DNA of 57,152 bases, filler included, from Porpidia crustulata (lineage: Eukaryota), in assembly GCA_964255105.1 (NCBI GenBank). It is 7 parts of 7 records of this genome, joined end to end, with 100 filler letters (N's around TTAATTAATTAA, not from the genome) between each part and the next. Parts side by side here need not be neighbours in the genome. Positions count along the whole stretch, not along the records: positions 49,078 to 57,152 come from CAXUWE010001178.1; 6 more parts are not named here. One strand, written 5' to 3'. Numbering within the stretch: position 1 is the stretch's first letter; each line of letters opens with the position of its first letter. Position numbers and translations under genes: made by a program. The notes below the pieces were generated by a model. It did no database searches and was not told the DNA's origin. It saw only the letters and a list, made by a program, of their open reading frames with translations. Of this stretch, positions 52,001-57,152 are shown piece after piece.

Positions 52001-52991
52001 AACAGCAGTAGATGACCTATCGGCGAAGCTACTCCCGCAAACATCTGAATCATCAAACCCAGTCCCGTGGACTATCAATGCGATGCTAGAGCCCTTGATC
52101 ACCTACTATACGACTGATCTTTCCTCGGTCCAGCTGCCTACCCAACTTCTTCTCACGCTTGCACCTCATATATCTCATTCAATACCTTCTGCTCTCATGC
52201 TTTCTGTGCTGCTCACATACCACTCGCAACTAACATCACTGTCTCTGTTTTGTCAAGCGGCCCATATTCGCAACCTGGCACAAAACCATTACCCAGATGT
52301 CTCAGATCATGGGGCATATGGCATCACGCCAGGTGGACCTTGGTGCACAGTCTGCCAAAAACCCAACAAGGGTGATAGATTGCGGTTTTGCGAGCGGTGT
52401 AAACAACCCTGGGGCCCATGTCCGATTTGCGATGGTGAGGGATTAAGCACTGCTTTTCCACAGGATTATTCTGATAAGGCTATGAATGATCAGGCAAGTA
52501 AATGGCTAGGGGCCGGCTCCTTGTGGGCATGGTGCCAAGGGTGCGGACATGGTGGGCATGTAGGTTGTCTTCAGCTGTGGTGGGATGATGCCTCGATTAG
52601 TGAAGGAGGATGCGCCACAGACGGATGCCTTCACGACTGCGTAATGGGTGAAAGACGAGACGAGGCTCTCAAGCAGATGGGAGAGAACAAAAAAGCAGGG
52701 ATAGTGAGAGGTGATGAATGGATTGTCGGGGAGAGTCGAGCCGTTGAAGAGGCCAGGGGCTTGGTAGTTAGTGCTAATACTGGACGACATAGTGATAGAA
52801 ATAGAGGCACACTGCAGAGGCAATATAGTCCACGAGGGCTAGGGGCTAAGGTTCCATCTCGCGGGAACTTAGGCCCTAGGACCGGGAGTGGGGGAAAGAA
52901 AGTAAGGCTTGTCGTTCCTGAGGATGAAGGGGAGGCTAGGGCTTCTAAGGGAGATAATACGATGGCCAGAACCAGTGCATCAGCGCCATAG
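49078..52991 (+). CDS. RTC1: SEACAT/GATOR2 subunit Rtc1/Sea2 (WDR24); 5' truncated
   Basis: N-terminal WD40 repeats (LLSGSQDATIRLWDLR, SIDWHPDGKHLASGG), long low-complexity middle, C-terminal Cys/His cluster CTVC..CERC..CPIC..WCQGCGHGGHVGC..CLHDC; intron 49219..49276; frame open to contig start. Confidence 0.88.
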
Positions 52992-53292
52992 GACACCGAC
53001 TCGAGCAACGCCACTTTCGATGGACAGGAAGATGAACATCCTCTATTTCGGTGATACTTCGGACTCGAAGCTTCACATGTACGCTCTGTAAATAGCTAGA
53101 TATCCATGTATACAATTGAAATTGAAATGTCGATCTAGCTTTGGGGAATAACATCACTTCTTCCGAGGCATCTGATCGATCACATGACCCACCTGAAAGT
53201 AAGCGAGAATTTCACGAGTATCAATCGATCATTTAAGAAGTAAACCAAACCCCACAACATCTTTCCAAACCACCACACGTTAATATTTCATC

Positions 53293-53653
53293 ATGGAAAA
53301 CGATAAAGGCGAGCTCGTCGATCTGTGAGTCCTGTCCTTTGAACACCCATCCTTTCCCCCATCTTTCCCTCCCAAACTCCAGGAATCCCAAAACTAACCG
53401 CCCCTCCCCGACCTGCAGCTACGTCCCCCGCAAATGCAGCGCCACCAACCGCATCATCAAAGCCAAAGACCACGCCTCGGTGCAAATATCGGTCGGGAAG
53501 GTGGACGAGAACGGGAGGTACACGGGGGAGAACCAGGTGTACGCGCTGTGCGGGTTCGTGCGCGCCATGGGGGAGGGGGACGACAGTTTAAATCGGTTGG
53601 CGCAGAGGGATGGGCTGTTGAAGAGCGTGTGGAGTGGAAGCCGGCAACGTTAG
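53293..53653 (+). CDS. RPS21: 40S ribosomal protein S21 (eS21), 2 exons
   Basis: [34 protein letters not shown]; intron 53325..53418. Confidence 0.97.
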
Positions 53654-55107
53654 AATTAGGAGGCTGGGGGTTAAGGTGAGGTATGGTGAGTCTTTCGCGG
53701 TGTGGGATCTTGTGTGAGAGAGATGGAAGGCTGATTGATGACAGGATTGCTGAGATGGTGGTACACAATGGATGGGACTCATAGGCGCTTCAGAAATAAC
53801 ATCTGTAGCTGCACGTTGGGCTCTGATAACCGCTTCCAATGAAATCAATATCGCGAGCTTTTCCTTCTCTCCCACAAGCCCCCCACAACCACACCCCGGT
53901 CCATCTGGCTCCCTTGTATGAGCAGCTTCGCGCGAGCTCGTCGAGGATTCCTCATCCTTTGTCCATGAGTGAGGGAAGGCAGAGAACGCGTCTACCAGTG
54001 GCCGCAGATTGATATTTATGGCATAGACCCAGACTCGCCTGCTGAAGAGATAGGACTTTCAAGACTACTAGGCTTATCACAGATACGGGCGGTACAATTA
54101 CAGTCGGTCAGGCGGTAGCACTGCGTTTCGGGTCTTTTACGTTTTTGAATTATCTCGTTCATATTGGGTTGGTGATATGGTTGTTTGAATTCGATGACAG
54201 GTTGATGATATATCTCTTATCCAATCCCGATCCCTACACGATACTAGACCTTGATTCTCTTTATTTCTTGGCGTTTTTCTCTGTGATTGAAAGGCACGAT
54301 CTAAACCGTTACACCCATCCCCATTGTCACCTTGATCATACCGATTGCCAAAATTTCAGCTCCCAAGACATGCGCCAAGCCGGGCAGTCTCCTTTACGGT
54401 CGATTATTTAAGCCTTATGTGGTCACCACATCAACTCTCGTCAAGACGGCTTCTTGGGTCAAACTTAGGACGCCAGTCTAGGACTGGAACTTTGAATTGA
54501 CATGTTCAGGCCCAGAAAGTCAATGCGAGAGGCCTTAGACGGGATCCCTCAATTCAGCTTATTCAAAGTTTTTCCCCTTTACATCGAAAAGGACTGTTTG
54601 CGATGCAATGACTTTCTTCTCACATCCACCGCCTCGCGGAAAAGAATCGCCCATCCCGCAGATATAGTAGGTAATCTATGTGGTTAACAGTAGGGTTTCC
54701 CTCGTTATAAGTGTTTACAGATGTCTTATTCAAATTCTAATTATTGCATTGTTTTCCTAGGGAAAATGTTGGACCCCATCTGATTGTATATCGCTTTATA
54801 AGAGGTGATCCCTTTCAAGTATTTCTTAGACTAATCTCATCCCGTCCGACTACGAGAGACCTTGTAATGTTGTTATTGTTTCTTCAAAGTCTTCAATTCA
54901 TTGTGTTCACATATCTTTTCTGAGGCTAGAGTCCTTTCGAAGTCGCAGGGATGTGCTCGCGAATCTCAGCCTTAAAGCCTCCACGTCATTACTTCATCTT
55001 GATCGCCCGACTAACATCATAGTCGCGATCCTTTCGCGTCTTGGATCCATATCTTTGAGGACTTCACACTGCAATCAATAGTCGCCCAATTTCTACACAA
55101 ACACTGC

Positions 55108-57046
55108 ATGCTAAGACTATCCATCTTCACGAGGATTGTACGTCCTTGTCCACATCTGAAGGTCCTATTTACGCAACCAAGCCTGCGATCAATTCGAGTG
55201 ACGCCCTTAAATCTACATTTCCGCCACAATATGTCCACGAATGGAAGCAAACGAAAGGCGAATGGGACGACCGAAGCTTCCAACAAGAAAGCAAAGCAAG
55301 ATGTGCCAGCCTTCAAAGATTCAATTAATGAGGAGAAATACAACATTGTTGATCGCGAGTTCTACCCTCCTGAAATGACAAACGCTAGATGTCTTCAGTA
55401 CAAGAATAACGAGATTGAGCGCCCAATCGAGACGCTAGCCAAGGCACAAGAAGAGACGGAAAGCCAGCGTGGGAGAATTCAAGTCAAGGATGCGGTCGTG
55501 CATTGGTTCAAAACCGATCTTCGTACGCAAGATAATAAAGCGCTACATCTGGCTTCCGAGAAGGCGAAGAGCAAGGGCGTACCCTTGATTTGTCTCCACA
55601 TAATCTCTCCTCAAGATTACAAGGCACACATGACAAGTTCTGTCCGAGTGGATTTCATTTTAAGGACACTGGAGGTCTTGAAAGATGATCTTGCGAAACT
55701 GAATACACCATTGTATGTTGAGACTGTTGAGAAGAGAAAGACTATACCCGCGAGGATCTTGGAGTTGTGTGAGGGATGGGGTGCTAGCCATTTGTTTGCA
55801 AACATTGAGTACGAGGTCGACGAGCTGAGGCGTGAAGCAAAGATGGTTACCATGGGCGTAGAGAAAGGGATCGCATTCACGGTCGTACCTGATACGTGTG
55901 TTGTAGCCCCTGGGGAGCTCCAAAGTCAGACCGGGAATCAGTATGCGGTTTACACGCCTTGGTTTAAGGCCTGGGTTGCATACTTGCATTCTCATCCAAA
56001 GCAACTCGACTCATATGATCCTCCCGAAAAAAGTCCTGAGAGTGCGCGCAAGGCGTTCAAAGACCTTTTTGAATGCCAGATTCCCGAGGCGCCAGAAAGT
56101 AAGCGCCTTACTGACGAGGAGAAGAAGCGGTTCCGAAGTATGTGGCCACCGGGTGAACACGAGGCAAAAGAGCGATTGGAAAAGTTCCTGAAGACAAAAG
56201 CCGGAAAGTACAAGGACGCCCGAAATTTTCCAGCTGCCAACAATACAGCTGTTCTGAGCGTACATTTCGCTGCAGGGACATTAGCAGCTAGAACGGCCAT
56301 TGCACGGGCAAGGGATTCGAATTCTACCAAAAAGCTCGATGCGGGCAACATAGGCATAGCATGCTGGATCTCAGAAGTTGCATGGCGAGATTTCTACAAG
56401 CACGTTTTGGCCCACTGGCCTTTTGTCTGGTAACACCCCTTCTCTCTATTATCCCTGCTCCACGTCAAATTCCTCCCTTGCTAACCCTCCACCCAGCATG
56501 AACAAACCCTTCAAACCCGAATACACCAACATCGAATGGGAATACTCGGACGACCTCTTCGACGCCTGGACCCGCGGCCAAACCGGCTACCCCTTTATCG
56601 ACGCCGCCATGCGCCAGCTCAACCACACGGGATACATGCACAACCGCGCCCGCATGGCCGTCGCCTCCTTCCTGGCCAAGGACCTCCTCCTCGACTGGCG
56701 CCTCGGCGAGCGCTACTTCATGCACCGCCTCATCGACGGCGACTTCGCCAGCAACAACGGCGGCTGGGGCTTCAGCGCCAGCACGGGCGTCGATCCCCAG
56801 CCCTACTTCCGCATCTTCAACCCCTTGCTCCAGAGCGAGCGCTTCGACAAGGACGGTGAATACATCCGCAAGTGGGTGCCCGAGCTCGAGGCCGTGCAGG
56901 GCAAGGCCGTGCATGATCCGTACGGGCGCGGGGCCGGGAAGCAGGCGGCTAAGACGGGGTATCCGAAGCCGGTGGTTGTGCACAAGGAGTGTAGGGATCG
57001 CGCGTTGGCAAGGTATAAGGAGGGGTTGGGGAGGAGTACCGCTTAG
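55108..57046 (+). CDS. PHR1: Class I CPD DNA photolyase, 2 exons
   Basis: HWFKTDLRTQDN, WISEVAWRDFY, GQTGYPFIDAAMRQL, MHNRARM, DGDFASNNGGW, PYFRIFNP; intron 56430..56496. Confidence 0.95.
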
Positions 57047-57152
57047 GCGTCGTCGTTTGGGAGCGTGTGCTTGTTGGTGGGTGGGGTCGATTGGAGATAT
57101 ACACCGATGATTTAACCTGTCGTAAGAGCTAGCACACACTCTAATCCCACAC

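Noticed and set aside
38569..57046. Light-sensing cluster of PAS protein plus photolyase
   Set aside because: Different contigs, and the PAS protein lacks the LOV flavin-adduct motif
56465..57139. 224-aa minus-strand ORF (similarly 20633-21208, 22944-23432, 10478-11032)
   Set aside because: Antisense shadows of real genes arising from codon bias; no independent motifs

Overview
Eukaryotic nuclear DNA from a filamentous ascomycete (Pezizomycotina): short spliceosomal introns with CTRAY branch points, and fungal housekeeping genes including mago nashi. Two Cys-rich secreted-protein families suggest a lichen-forming fungus, which is inference only. The window is not one locus. It is seven unrelated contigs (8084, 8083, 8079, 8078, 8077, 8076, 8075 bp, sorted by length) joined by an artificial 100-bp N44-TTAATTAATTAA-N44 linker, so adjacency across linkers means nothing. 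About 23 protein-coding loci can be supported, several cut by contig ends: amidase, WDR70, NDUFB3, CAF1, copper amine oxidase, GID4, mago nashi, beta-COP, sphingoid base kinase, Ras2, ACSS3/PrpE-like ligase, TMEM97-like, PNS1, a two-PAS protein, ADH1, an aquaglyceroporin, RTC1/WDR24, RPS21, CPD photolyase and orphans. I found no tRNA, rRNA, transposon or CRISPR. Most interesting signals: (1) a recurrent sharp C-rich to G-rich strand switch that flips synonymous codon use inside exons and coincides with almost every contig break; (2) a decaying, internally duplicated Cys-rich secreted-protein gene whose stops are A>G-reversible; (3) a roughly 1-kb AUG-free, hairpin-containing leader on ras2; (4) a structured 5'-UTR intron on the PAS gene; (5) a possible self Pro/N-degron on GID4; (6) dual-start mitochondrial/nuclear photolyase; (7) a GC-AG intron in the amidase.
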